Assembly: GCA_963804995.1 (NCBI GenBank)
Contig: CAWDSK010000005.1
Span: 1,056,001 to 1,120,000, forward strand
DNA: 64,000 nt
DNA from: an uncultured Acidobacteriota bacterium
GTDB lineage: Bacteria; Acidobacteriota; Terriglobia; UBA7540
Direction of reading: 5' to 3'
The notes beneath the pieces are model-generated. The model was not told where the DNA came from, did no database searches, and saw nothing but the letters and a program-made list of their open reading frames with translations. Position numbers and translations under genes: made by a program. Shown one piece after another: positions 51,259 to 62,023 of this stretch; position 1 is the first letter of the stretch, and each line of letters opens with the position of its first letter.

Positions 51259-53304
51259 TCACTTACGAATGAGCACCACAACGGACCGCGGTCCGACACG
51301 GTAATCGAGGCTTTGGAGCTTTTGCTCCGTCTCCGGCTCACAGATGTCGGCAGGAGTGGCAAGACTAGTGTCTACCACGCGGAACCACCCTTGCGGCTCT
51401 CCCTCTTGGACAACGAAGGTCAAGGCTTGCCAGTAAGCGTTGATCATCACGTAGATGTCGTTGTCGTTCTGGGATGCACCGTGCAGACAAAAGGCAAGAG
51501 TGTGCGAGTCAAAGGAAAGGTCCGGCGCTTCGTCAACTCCATACCAGCGCACATCGTTGCGCCAGAACCGGCTGCGTCCGAGAGAGGGGTGAGACTTGCG
51601 GAAGGCAATCATGTTTTTGAAAAAGCGAAAAATGTCCTGGTTTTTGCCGAGCAGGTCCCAGTCGAGCCACGTTGTTTCATTATTCTGATTGTAAGGGTTA
51701 TTGTTGCCCTTCTGCGTATTCAGGAATTCATCCCCGGCGCTGAACATGGGAGTACCGTTGGAGAGAAACAGGAGACAGCAGAAGTTTTTCACCTGACGCT
51801 TGCGGAGGTCCATAACCTCGGCTGGAACGTTTTGGTCGCCCTCCCAACCGCAATTCCAGCTCAGGTTGTAATCCGATCCGTCGGTATTGGAGTGGCCGTT
51901 GGCTTCGTTGTGCTTCTGGTTGTAGGAGACGAGATCATAGAGGCAGAAGCCATCGTGGCAGGTGATGAAGTTCACGCTCTGATAGGCGTGGTAGGCATTC
52001 ATGATGTCGTCCGGGAAGAGGTCACTACTGCCGTAGATGCGGGTCATGGCGGCGGGAACCATTCCCGGGTCGCCTTTGACGAAGGCCCGCAAGTCATCTC
52101 GGAATTTGCCGTTCCACTGCAACCAGGGGAGGCCCGGGTAGCTTCGCCCCAACTCGTAGCTGGCGAGATCCCAGGCTTCCGCAATCAAACGCCTCGCTGC
52201 CAGCGCCGGAAAATCCCCGATTTCCGCAATCACGGGAGGGTCGTAAAGGTTGACGGAGCCGTCTTCATTGCGGGTGAAAATCGAGGCCAAGTCAAAGCGG
52301 AATCCGTCTACGTGCATTTCTCTCACCCAGAAGTTCAGGCTATCGACGATCATTTTGCGGACATAACGGTTGGCGCAATTCAGGGTGTTTCCTGCTCCGG
52401 TATCCTTGCGATAGTGGATTCGGTCAGGCTGCAGCAGGTAATAGGTGTCATTATCAATCCCTCGGTAACTGTACGTGGGCCCATTCTCGTCTCCTTCCGC
52501 CGTGTGGTTATAAACAGCGTCGAGGATCACCTCAATGTCCGCCGCGTGCATCGCCTTGACCATGCCCCGGAATTCACTGCACACCTCTTCTGAGGATTGG
52601 GCAACCGCATACTCGTGGTGCGGAGAGAAGAAGTTCAGCGGCATATATCCCCAGTAACTGCCTTCCTGGGAATCCTGCTGGAACACCGGGAGCAACTCGA
52701 TCGCCGTAATTCCGAGCTCTTTCAGGTACGGGATCTTCTGAGTCAGTCCCGCATAAGTCCCCCTTTGTTCCGCGCTCACCCCGGAGTTCGCCCGCATCGT
52801 GAAGCCCCTTACGTGCAACTCGTAGATAATGGTATCCGAGGTATGAATGGGCCGTCGATCCCCGGTCCAGTCAAACCCCTGGTCGGTGACGATCACCCCG
52901 AGTGGCGCGCGACCGGCGTTGCTCCCTGGAAACCGCGCTGCCTCGCGGCTGAAGTGCGGTGGGCGGAACAAAGCTCGAACATAGGGGTCAAAGAGTATCT
53001 TCTCATCGTCGAAGCGGTGGCCCGCTCCTGGCTCATTGGCCCCGGCCACCCGGTAAGCATAGTATCGCGCCCCGGAGATAGCTGCGGCCTTCAGCCTGCA
53101 GTGCCATACTCGCCCGGATTTATTGGTAAGGGGGTTGAGTCGATATTCATGAAGCGGCTCAAAGTACTCGTTGGATGAATACAGAAGGAGCGTAACATCG
53201 GTTGCATACTTGGAATATAGGGCAAAGTTGAAAGCTTCCTCTTCCTCGATCCATGTTACTCCTAGCGGAGCCGGCGAACCTTCTTTTGAGTACCATTCGT
53301 CCAT
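51259..53304 (-). CDS. glgX: glycogen debranching enzyme / isoamylase (GH13)
   Basis: YELHVRGFT, YWGYMPLNFF, VYNHTAEG, DGFRFDLA, EAWD, CHDGF. Confidence 0.95.
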   Translation of the reverse strand: MDEWYSKEGSPAPLGVTWIEEEEAFNFALYSKYATDVTLLLYSSNEYFEPLHEYRLNPLTNKSGRVWHCRLKAAAISGARYYAYRVAGANEPGAGHRFDDEKILFDPYVRALFRPPHFSREAARFPGSNAGRAPLGVIVTDQGFDWTGDRRPIHTSDTIIYELHVRGFTMRANSGVSAEQRGTYAGLTQKIPYLKELGITAIELLPVFQQDSQEGSYWGYMPLNFFSPHHEYAVAQSSEEVCSEFRGMVKAMHAADIEVILDAVYNHTAEGDENGPTYSYRGIDNDTYYLLQPDRIHYRKDTGAGNTLNCANRYVRKMIVDSLNFWVREMHVDGFRFDLASIFTRNEDGSVNLYDPPVIAEIGDFPALAARRLIAEAWDLASYELGRSYPGLPWLQWNGKFRDDLRAFVKGDPGMVPAAMTRIYGSSDLFPDDIMNAYHAYQSVNFITCHDGFCLYDLVSYNQKHNEANGHSNTDGSDYNLSWNCGWEGDQNVPAEVMDLRKRQVKNFCCLLFLSNGTPMFSAGDEFLNTQKGNNNPYNQNNETTWLDWDLLGKNQDIFRFFKNMIAFRKSHPSLGRSRFWRNDVRWYGVDEAPDLSFDSHTLAFCLHGASQNDNDIYVMINAYWQALTFVVQEGEPQGWFRVVDTSLATPADICEPETEQKLQSLDYRVGPRSVVVLIRK

Positions 53305-53374
53305 ATAAACCTCATTACGAACGCGGCGATAACCTTCATCCAACCGAGAAAATCACTGATCGGCAATACGAAGG

Positions 53375-55115
53375 CTAGCGCATCATGTCTGGGGAGAATT
53401 CATAGCGCTCCTGAATGGTTTCTGCGAGCGCTGGATAGAGATCGCGTATGTGGCCGAGTCGATATCGTTGCTCGAACTTTCCGGACGTCCGATGCGAGGG
53501 GATGATCGTGGAACACGTCCGCAATCCATCGCGAGAAATCTCCCCGACGCGCATGCCCGTCAAGCACGGCGGGCGGGGAACTCGGCATTAACGCGACCAG
53601 CTCCTTCAGAGTCCGGGCTGGAGTTTCAATGGGTTTTCCGTTGTCCGTGAACACGAATTCCTTTCCCGCGGCAATTGGCACATCAAGATACTTCGCCCTA
53701 TGACGAACATGTGGGGTTAATCGGGGCAGGAGCTTGAATTTCTGCAATTTCCCTCCTGCTTCCCCAATCCCCGGCAAAAGGATGGCCTCGTTAACATCCA
53801 GCCCGCCGAGGATAGTCTGCCATTCAGATTCGACGTTCTTGTTGCCATACATTGCTAAAAGCGCCTGCACCTCGTGCGGATCGGTCGTACGCTTGACGAT
53901 GATTGTATCCATGGCTTTGTGAAGCTCGGGGTGGAGGTCGGAGACGCGATACGTGACAAGCGTGTATGCGGCCGAGTCGAGATCCAACAATTCCCGGGCG
54001 TGCGGCGCCTGAAGGAAGTAATGGGCCTCATCGACGATGATGCGGTGTGGCAGACCGGTGGATTGCCTGAGTGATGCCAGCATCGGCAAGAGTGCATTCA
54101 GGTAATCGACCTTCTCATTGTAAGGCGCGTGGGAGAGATCGACCACCACACTCCTGTCGGGATGCCGCAAGGCTTCAGAGAGATCGCGCAGCGGAGGCGG
54201 GGGGCCATCACCTCCGAATGCGACCACGCCCGGCAGGGCTTCCAATTCCACGTAATCTCCCTCGGGATCGATGACGCACACACAATAGCCTTGAAGAATC
54301 AGTTGCTCGCAGAAAAGCCCCGTGGCCCAGGACTTGCCGGATTGGGGATCTCCTGCTAAGAGCCCATTGCGGCCGCGAATGGCCAGGGCGAGCGGACTCC
54401 CGTCGTCCCTTACACCGAGCATGATTTGGCGCCGACCAAGGTCATCTGGGGGCAATGTCCTTTTCTTCACCGCTTGCCGAATGTAAGCGGCTACAGCGCC
54501 GGGACCATCTCCCTGGAGAACTTCCTCCGCGTCCTTCTGGAGAGCTCGACTGCCCCAACTAACAGCCACGCCAACCTCGCACACCCCCAGGAGCTCATGG
54601 TCATTCTCGGCGTCTCCGATCGCGATGGCGTTGTGAACCGAGAGACGGAACGCATTAAGAACTTCGCGCAGCCCGGTGGCTTTGCTGATGGCCTGCGGAA
54701 GTACCATTAGGCGGCTGCGGTTGAACAACAGCACGAGCGGCAGTTCTAGCTCCCTGATCACGGCTAGGATCCGCGGGGCCGATGTTGCGTCGGTCTCCAC
54801 GATGCACTGGCCTGCAGTGAAACCGATCCCCCGGCGGCGAAGTTCTTCAACGAAGACTGCGGGTGGCGGATGACCAAGCAACCTTGAGCGGCCACTGGGG
54901 AAGGCGAGCACTGCACCGTTTTCCGCTACCACCGCGTCCACAAACTGGAGGTTCCCCGCCACCTGCCTCAGGTCAGACAGGATTCGCCCCGTTACGAGAA
55001 TCACCACGATCCCGCTCGCACGCGCTTCCGTGATAGCGGCCCTTGCCTCAGAACTCAGTTTCCCGTCTTGGGCGATAGTTCCGTCGTAGTCAAGTGCTAG
55101 CACACTAAACTTCAT
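53375..55115 (-). CDS. HAD-IIB hydrolase fused to a P-loop ATPase (HerA/DUF87-like); +1 frameshift near 53479
   Basis: DYDGT, TGR, GDAEND; GDPQSGKS, IDPEGDY, VDEAH; C-terminus EQRYRL..QERYEF continues in another frame. Confidence 0.85.
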
Positions 55116-55340
55116 GATCGCCTTTCTGTGCCTGCCTAATGTGGGCAGCGAATTCCGATTGACCTGCCCGGGATTTTCTACAACGGCAACGGGGAGAGTT
55201 TACTCGATCTTGGCCTCACCACATGAACTTCCGAAGCTGCTGCTTCCCTGAGCAGGTCGTGGTACACTCCATGGCCATTCGCAAGAATGTGGGGTGCGGG
55301 GCTGAATTCCACCCGGCATAGGCGCGAGGGCATCCATCCA

Positions 55341-55690
55341 ATGAAAACTTCCTCTCTTGTTCGCCAAGTGAACGAGTTCCCCCCTGTTCGTTGTCTTCTC
55401 CGTTCTCGCTGCAGCAGTTGCCAGGGCCGTGTCGCCTTCCGCGCTGCAGCTTCCACCTTCTGGTCAGCAAGCGTTGCGTAGCCTCATTGAGGTGGGAACG
55501 CTCGCGGACCTGCGCTGGCCCGATTTTACGGATTACCGCGATCACATCAAGCGCTTCTGCGAGTCCTCGAACTACTCGATCGCATGGCTAAAGGATGGAC
55601 ATCCCACCAGCCCGGCATTGGCCGCAATCAGAGCCTTGGAACAGGCGGACCAGGTGGCACTCAGCCCCCAGGATTACGATGGTCCGCGCT
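55341..55690 (+). pseudogene. murein L,D-transpeptidase (YcbB-like) scaffold N-terminal fragment
   Basis: LRWPDFTDY..AW..ADQVALSPQDYD resembles the YcbB scaffold start; no catalytic domain follows. Confidence 0.55.
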
Positions 55691-55917
55691 GCCAAACCTC
55701 TGGGGTACCCCCGCAGAATCAACTTGACTACGCGGGTCCCTGCGCTCAAAGTACGCAGCCAGAGGAATTGAGGCTGGCAGGCAGGAGCGCTCACTGCGTG
55801 GCCGTTGCCAGCGATTGGCTTCCGAAGCATACGATTCTTCCGGTGCGAGCGCCGCCGGGGACCTATGCATCCATTGCAACGCTGTTCCCCTGAAATCAGG
55901 GGAGAGAGGGTGGCTCT

Positions 55918-57225
55918 ATGAATCGCAGGGATTTTATCAGTATGGCCGGCGCGGGTCTGGCGCTTGCAAGTACCGGTTTTGGAGCCGGGAAGCGCGTGCG
56001 TTTGGGCGTGATTGGAACGGGAGGCCGCGGCACCAGCCTGCTCGGAATCGCGACTTTATTTGAAGACGTGGACATTCCCGCGCTGTGCGACATCAACAAG
56101 GAAAACCTCGCGAAGGCGCAGGAGGTGGTTGTCGCCTCGGGCCGGAAAAAGCCGCAGGGCTACTCGGCGGGCGATGAGGACTACAAGAATTTGGTGGATC
56201 GCGACGACATCGACGCGGTGCTGATTGCCACGCCCTGGGAGTGGCACGTGCGCATGTCGGTGTACGCCATGAAGGCGAAGAAATACGTCGGCTGCGAGGT
56301 ACCGATCGCCAACACCGTCGACGAGTGCTGGGAAATGATCAACGTGCAGGAGCAAACGCAGACGCCCTGCATGATGCTCGAGAATTGGAGCTTCCGCCGC
56401 GATAATCTCGCCGTGTTGAATATGATCCGAAAGGGCATGTTCGGTGATATCAACTACGCCCACTGCGCATACGCGCATGATTGCAACTACTGGTTTTTCC
56501 CGGATTACAGCATCCACGATTGGAAGGGCGCGCACATCATGAATCGCAATGCCGACCAGTACCCGACGCACGGCCTGGGTCCGGTGGTGAGCTGGATGGA
56601 TATCAACTGCGGCGATTACCCCGCCTATCTCACCTCGACCGCCTCTCGCGCCCTGGGCGTGAACCGGTATTTCCGCAAGAAGTTCGGGCCGGACCATCCC
56701 ATGGCCAAGAAACCGATCATGCAAGGCGACATCGTCACGACGGTGATCAAAACGATCAAGGGCAAAACCATCGTGGTCTACAACGACATGGTATCACCAC
56801 GGCCGTATGACAACCGCTGGCAGCTATCAGGAACCGAGGGCATTTACAGTCACGAGCACAACGCCCTTTATATCGAAGGCGTCACCCCCACCGCCCACGA
56901 CGAACACGCTTGGGAACCCTTCGAGCCCTATCAGGAGAAGTACGATCACGTCTGGCACCGCGAGGTCCGCCGGATCACCGACAAGCTGAAAACCGATATG
57001 ATCTCGCACGGCGCTCCTGATTATCTGGAAATCAAAATGTTCCTCGAAGCGGCCCGGGACAAAGGAACGCTGCCGCTCGATATCTATGACTCGGTCATCA
57101 TGAGCGCGCCCGTGGCGTTGTCGGATATTTCCATTGCCAAAGGCAGCGCCCCCGTACCGTTCCCGGATTTCACCCGCGGACGGTGGAAGACGCGGAAGCC
57201 GTACTTTGCGGTTGAACAGTCGTAA
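55918..57225 (+). CDS. Tat-exported Gfo/Idh/MocA oxidoreductase-fold glycosidase (GH109-like)
   Basis: NRRDF Tat motif, GTGGRG, ATPWEWH, MMLEN, YPTHGLGP, FPDFTRG. Confidence 0.88.
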   Translation: MNRRDFISMAGAGLALASTGFGAGKRVRLGVIGTGGRGTSLLGIATLFEDVDIPALCDINKENLAKAQEVVVASGRKKPQGYSAGDEDYKNLVDRDDIDAVLIATPWEWHVRMSVYAMKAKKYVGCEVPIANTVDECWEMINVQEQTQTPCMMLENWSFRRDNLAVLNMIRKGMFGDINYAHCAYAHDCNYWFFPDYSIHDWKGAHIMNRNADQYPTHGLGPVVSWMDINCGDYPAYLTSTASRALGVNRYFRKKFGPDHPMAKKPIMQGDIVTTVIKTIKGKTIVVYNDMVSPRPYDNRWQLSGTEGIYSHEHNALYIEGVTPTAHDEHAWEPFEPYQEKYDHVWHREVRRITDKLKTDMISHGAPDYLEIKMFLEAARDKGTLPLDIYDSVIMSAPVALSDISIAKGSAPVPFPDFTRGRWKTRKPYFAVEQS

Positions 57226-60200
57226 CCGAGCGACCCGTCGCTGGTTGCGGCTCTAACTCGTGTGTGAAGCGTCGGCGGGTGAAAGCGCCAACTGCGGTCG
57301 ACGCTCTCTCCCCGGACAGGGCCATTACGGGTGATTCGTGCCTAACAGAAGGGGCTATTGCCGGAGGGCGCAGGCTGGCCGCGAGCCAGGCATGAGCCCT
57401 CCGGATTTACTGCTCAAGTCCTGCTTCACGCAGTTCTGATTCCGGCCGTCCCAACCTTCCTCGTCTCAGAACTCCACTCGGCCGCGCATCTCAATCACCC
57501 GCGCTCCACTTTTCTCCCCGGAGAAATACCGATCGTGCTGGCCGGTGATTTCGCCTGCACCGGGTACGTCGATCGTGGCGTTGGGGGGCGAGAAGTTTGG
57601 ATGGTTGAAGAGGTTTCCGCAGGTCGCCATCAGGTCAAAGTGCAACCGTTCGGTAATCCGGAAACGCTTGCGCAGCGTCAGGTTCTGCGTATTCAAGCCC
57701 GGCCCTTCCAGGATGTTGATTCCGGAATCCCCAAACCTTCCGATGTTAGCCGGATTCGCGCAGGCAGGATCGTTGTCGGGACATCCGGGAATCTTGAAGG
57801 CGCTGGTATCGAACCACCTGTCGAGCGTGCGTTGGCCTTTAGGCAGATTGCCGTTGGCGATGCGATCCGGCAAGCCGCCGTAGGAATTGGTGTTCGAGGG
57901 GTCCGTGGTGGAGAAGTATGGAGTGAACCACTGACCGGTCTGGAGGAACCCGATCCAATTGGCTGTCCATCCGCCTAAGACTTTGTCTACGATGCCAGGA
58001 GCGTTAGCCAGATACCGGCGTTCGCGCCCTACGGGGATCGTCCACGTGACATTCAATACCACGCGGTGGTGAGGTGTGACGTGGTCATGGTTCCAGAGCA
58101 GCGGTGCGTAAGGATTCTCATCGCTGAAGGCGCCGTTTCCAGGCCCGTACAGAGTGCCGTATCCGCTGGCGAGCATTTCATAGTTATCCACACTGTCGGC
58201 CCAGGTCCAGAAACTATCGAGAACGACCTGTCCCATTTTGCGCTTGACTTCAAAGGTGAGCGAGTTGTAGTTGGCAGCCAGATCTCGGCGGAGGTATGAG
58301 ATGCCCGAAAACTCCGGATGAGGCCGTCGATCGGGTGTCCAGGGGATGGTGCTCGGCTCCGGTTTATCCGTTGAGTAGAAGCCATTAAGTCCCCGCGACC
58401 GCGACCCGACGTAAGACAGCCGAAAGCCGATATCCTTGACCTGGTGTTCGGCGGTGACATTGAACTGATGGATCTTGCCGTCCTTCTGGTCGATGGGATA
58501 GCCGCTGACGGACTGCGAAGGAATCTGCGCAAAGCTCAGGGTAGATGGGAACGGGTCAGGGAAGGCAAATAGCGGCTGGCCATTTTGGATCAGATTGGTG
58601 TAGTTTTCGGCGATCTGAAATGGCCCTCCTCCATTGACAAGGGAGTAAGTTCCCAGTCCCCGCGAAGTGTAGATACCATACCCGCCCCGGATGACCGTTT
58701 TCTCGGTGAGCAGATAAGCGACACCGATACGCGGTACAAAATTGGCATGAGAAGGATGGGGGAAAACGCTCCCTGTTACCAGCTTGATATTGGGGTCGAA
58801 TAGAGGACTAACCTGGCCCGTGGCCGCCTGTGGAATCACCACGGCGTCCTGGGTGGGATCATAGTTGTACTGGAGCCCGTCATCATACCGAAACGCTCCA
58901 AAGTAGTCCCAACGTATACCGTAGTCCAGGGTCAGCTTCCGATTCACTTTGAAAGTATCGGTGGCGAATAAGCCGATTTCTTTGCCTCCCTCCGTCCTGC
59001 CTAATAAGGGGTCATACCGCGTACTCCCAAAAGGCACTCCCAGCAGAAAGTCGGCGTAGTCGAACCCCGTGACGGATCCGTTAAAGGAGAAATCGCCGTA
59101 GGCGCCATCCGAGAGTTGCGTGCTGTAGTACTTGAACGTCCGGACCTCTTCTCCAGCCTTAATCACGTGCCGGCCCTTGGACCAAGTCACCGAATCAGTG
59201 ATATTCCAGTTCTCATTTAACTGTGCCGCCTTGCCTTTGGGGCCGCCCCACTCACTGGCATAGAGGCTAGTGATGTCGTTGAAATACATAGCCGGGAACC
59301 CTTGGGCGACGAGATTGCTGGGGTTAACTCCCTGCAGCCCGATCGACAACACGACCTGGTCACCGGTAGACGGCGTGAAGCCGTTCAACGTGGTTCCGTA
59401 GGTCTGCCGGTCGCGGTTTCCCCCCAGCGTGAAGCTGTTGATCAGGCTGGGCGTGAAGGTCTGGGTGTCGGTGAAAGCCCACGAGTGGCTTTGACGGAGT
59501 TTCGTTTCATCAAGCAGCGGGTAGGTTCCAGGGTTCAGGACGTAACGAGGCCAGTAGCCGGAATATCGGGCATAGAGGAGATTCTTTTCCGAAATCTTGT
59601 GGTCGATGCGGAAGCAAAGAACATCGGCCCGATATTGGTCCTCCGGATAGGGGAAAAGCCAGCCGTAGTTGCTGACCAGGTTTCCCGGCCCGCCGATGTT
59701 GGGCATAGGAATATAGGTGTTCTGAACCTTCAACGCCAGCGTACTAAGAGGGTCTGTAATGATGTTTTTCCAATAGGGATTGCCGCTGAGGTCGGTGATT
59801 TGAATGGCCGGGGATGCCGTGAGCAAGTCCGAGAAGTCGCCATTGCGCATTTTTGCTGTAGGCACAGTGGCCAGGAAGAATGACTGCTCATGCACGCGCT
59901 CACCGTTCCACAAACCGTAAAAGAAGGTGCGGTTCTTGCGGATGGGACCGGAAGCGCTGAGATTGAAGGTGTTGTAGATCACGTGCGGCTTCTCAGTCTC
60001 GAAGAACCCCCGCGCCCCCAAGGCGGAATTACGGTCGTAGTAGGAGGCTTCCGCGTGGTAGGCGTTAGTGCCGTGCTTGGTGATGGTGTCAAACATGCCG
60101 ACGCGGGCGTACTCCGCGCTGTTGTTTACGGCATTAACCTTGACTTCCTCCACGTCCTCCATGTTCACCGTCTGAGTGTTGGTGCTCTCCTCTTTGACGC

Positions 60201-60714
60201 CGTCCATGGCCATGTGAATCTCATTGCCGCCTTGACCGGCCATGGTGACGCCGAATTCGTTGCCGCCGTCCGTTTGAATTTGCGGCACGATGGCAATCAC
60301 GGGGAGCGGGGAAGAGTAAGCATTGGCGGGCATGGGGGCAAGCCAATATTCGCTGCCGGAAACCTCTCCGCCGATCTTGGCGCCTTCGGTCTCGATGACC
60401 TGCGCTCTGCCGTTTACGGTAACTTCCTGAGTTGCCGCACCCATGTGCAGGGACACATCAACGCGCTTGGTTTCATTCGCTGTCAACTGGATGTCGCTTA
60501 CCACGGAAGTTTCGAAGCCAGTCATTTCGATGCGCATCCTATAAGTCGACAGCTTCAGAGCTGGGATCTCATAGTTACCCTGCGCGTCGGTAGTAACCTT
60601 TCTTGCCAGGACGCCTGTTTCCTGTTCCAAAATGCTTACGTTGGCTTTCGGCACGACCGCGCCTGAAGGGTCAGTCACTGTGCCGCGTATTGTGGACAGG
60701 CCTTGCTGTGCTAA

Positions 60715-61623
60715 GAGCTTATCCGTAAATAATAATTGTCTGTCGCCAGCAGATCATGGCCGCGGCTAAGGTTAGTAGGGCGACGTAGCTTTCCTCGGTC
60801 TTTTCAAAGCTCACCAACACCTTGCGGTATCGGTTGAGCCAGGAATGGGTCCGCTCGACCACCCATCGGCGAGCCTTGTAACCGGGGACGATACGTTTTG
60901 CTTCCATCTCTTCTCGCTGTTGCTTGATATGCGGCCGGTAGTGGCGGTTCGTGGCCGCTTGCCGAGCGCGGGATCCCTTGTAACCGGCATCGGCACAAAG
61001 GTGCTGGGGCTTTCTCGGTCGCGGTGCCGGTCGCGCTCTCACCACCTGGTCGAGGGTGGTGGCCAGCAGCTTCACATCATGCAGGTTGGCTCCGCTGACG
61101 GCGAGCGATAGTGGGACGCCACGCCCGTCGACTAACAAACTTCGCTTGCGCCCATTTTTTTCCCCGATCGGTGGGATTGGGTCCCACGCAAGTCAAGGCC
61201 AGCGGGGCTTTCACCATCGCTCCGTCGATGCTTTGCCAGTCCCAGGCAATGCCCTCCAGCTCATCGTACTCGGCCAGCCCCGACCGCCAGAGCGCCAGAA
61301 AGAAACCCGCCCGGTGCCACTGTTGAAAATGCTTGTGGACCGCGCTGGCGCTGCCGAATTCCTTGGGCAAGGCCTTCCACTGACATCCCGTGCGCAGCAC
61401 ATACACAATGGCCGAGAAGATCCGGCGCGCCGGCATTGGCTTCCTCCCACCCCCCGGCTTCCGCCTATACTTTCGGCCTTTCGACCGCTGTCGAACCGGA
61501 ATCAGCGGTTCGACTTTCACCCAAAACTCGTCGGATACTTCCCAAGATTTTATCTGCGGCATCTTGGGTCATAATCATGCATCAAATTGCAGCAGACTTC
61601 AATAAGTATTTACGGATAAGCTC
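60715..61623 (-). mobile_element. IS5-family element (IS1031/IS427-like), 909 bp
   Basis: Perfect 17-bp IR GAGCTTATCCGTAAATA; TAA target duplication at 60712-60714 and 61624-61626. Confidence 0.95.
60719..61562 (-). CDS. IS5-family transposase in two ORFs joined by a probable programmed frameshift
   Basis: YVLRTGCQW, SIDG, GPNPTDRGK / ADAGY, RWVVERTHSW; GGGGAAAAAAA run at ~61154-61165. Confidence 0.92.
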
Positions 61624-62023
61624 TAAGAGCGAAACAGAAAAAAGCAGTCCGGTTGAAAAAAGCAATAGGCCCAACTTCGCCCCCCGCAAGGGACGGCGAT
61701 TGCGACGCTCACTGAACATTTTGTCCTCCTTCGATTTGTGACCCAAGACTACCCAAACTTCAGTTGCGCTTCAAACCTTGGAAAGGGACACAACCCCTGG
61801 CTGGATTACCCAGCCCGCGTCGTGCAGGCAGATTTGCGCGCAAACAAGCTTCCACGCCGCCCCTGCTACCACGCTCCGTGCGCTATGTCAAGAAAAATTT
61901 CGTAAGATGTCGTTAACATATGAAACGTCATTAGTAAAATTGAGGTTATGCAAGGCTCGACAGAGTTTTCCCTCCGTTCCAGTGGTTGTCCGCGGACTCC
62001 CGTCATGGACCTGGATTCGCACC

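Larger units (their letters stand above)
57466..61719 (-). pseudogene. Oar-like TonB-dependent receptor interrupted by IS5; complement join(61624..61719,57466..60711), ~1113 aa
   Basis: GGAGG RBS and signal peptide MFSERR..VSLL|AQQGLSTIRGTVTDPSGAVV restored in frame once the IS is removed; C-terminal F. Confidence 0.9.

Noticed and set aside
51241..52593. 450-aa plus-strand ORF and similar long antisense ORFs (e.g. 14747-15904, 32385-33308)
   Set aside because: Shadow ORFs opposite well-supported genes in GC-rich DNA, with no motifs
7840..53485. Single-base frameshifts at ~7848, ~16245, ~16696 and ~53479 as programmed recoding or true pseudogenisation
   Set aside because: All four are +1 insertions in short homopolymers, typical of long-read error; cannot be resolved without reads
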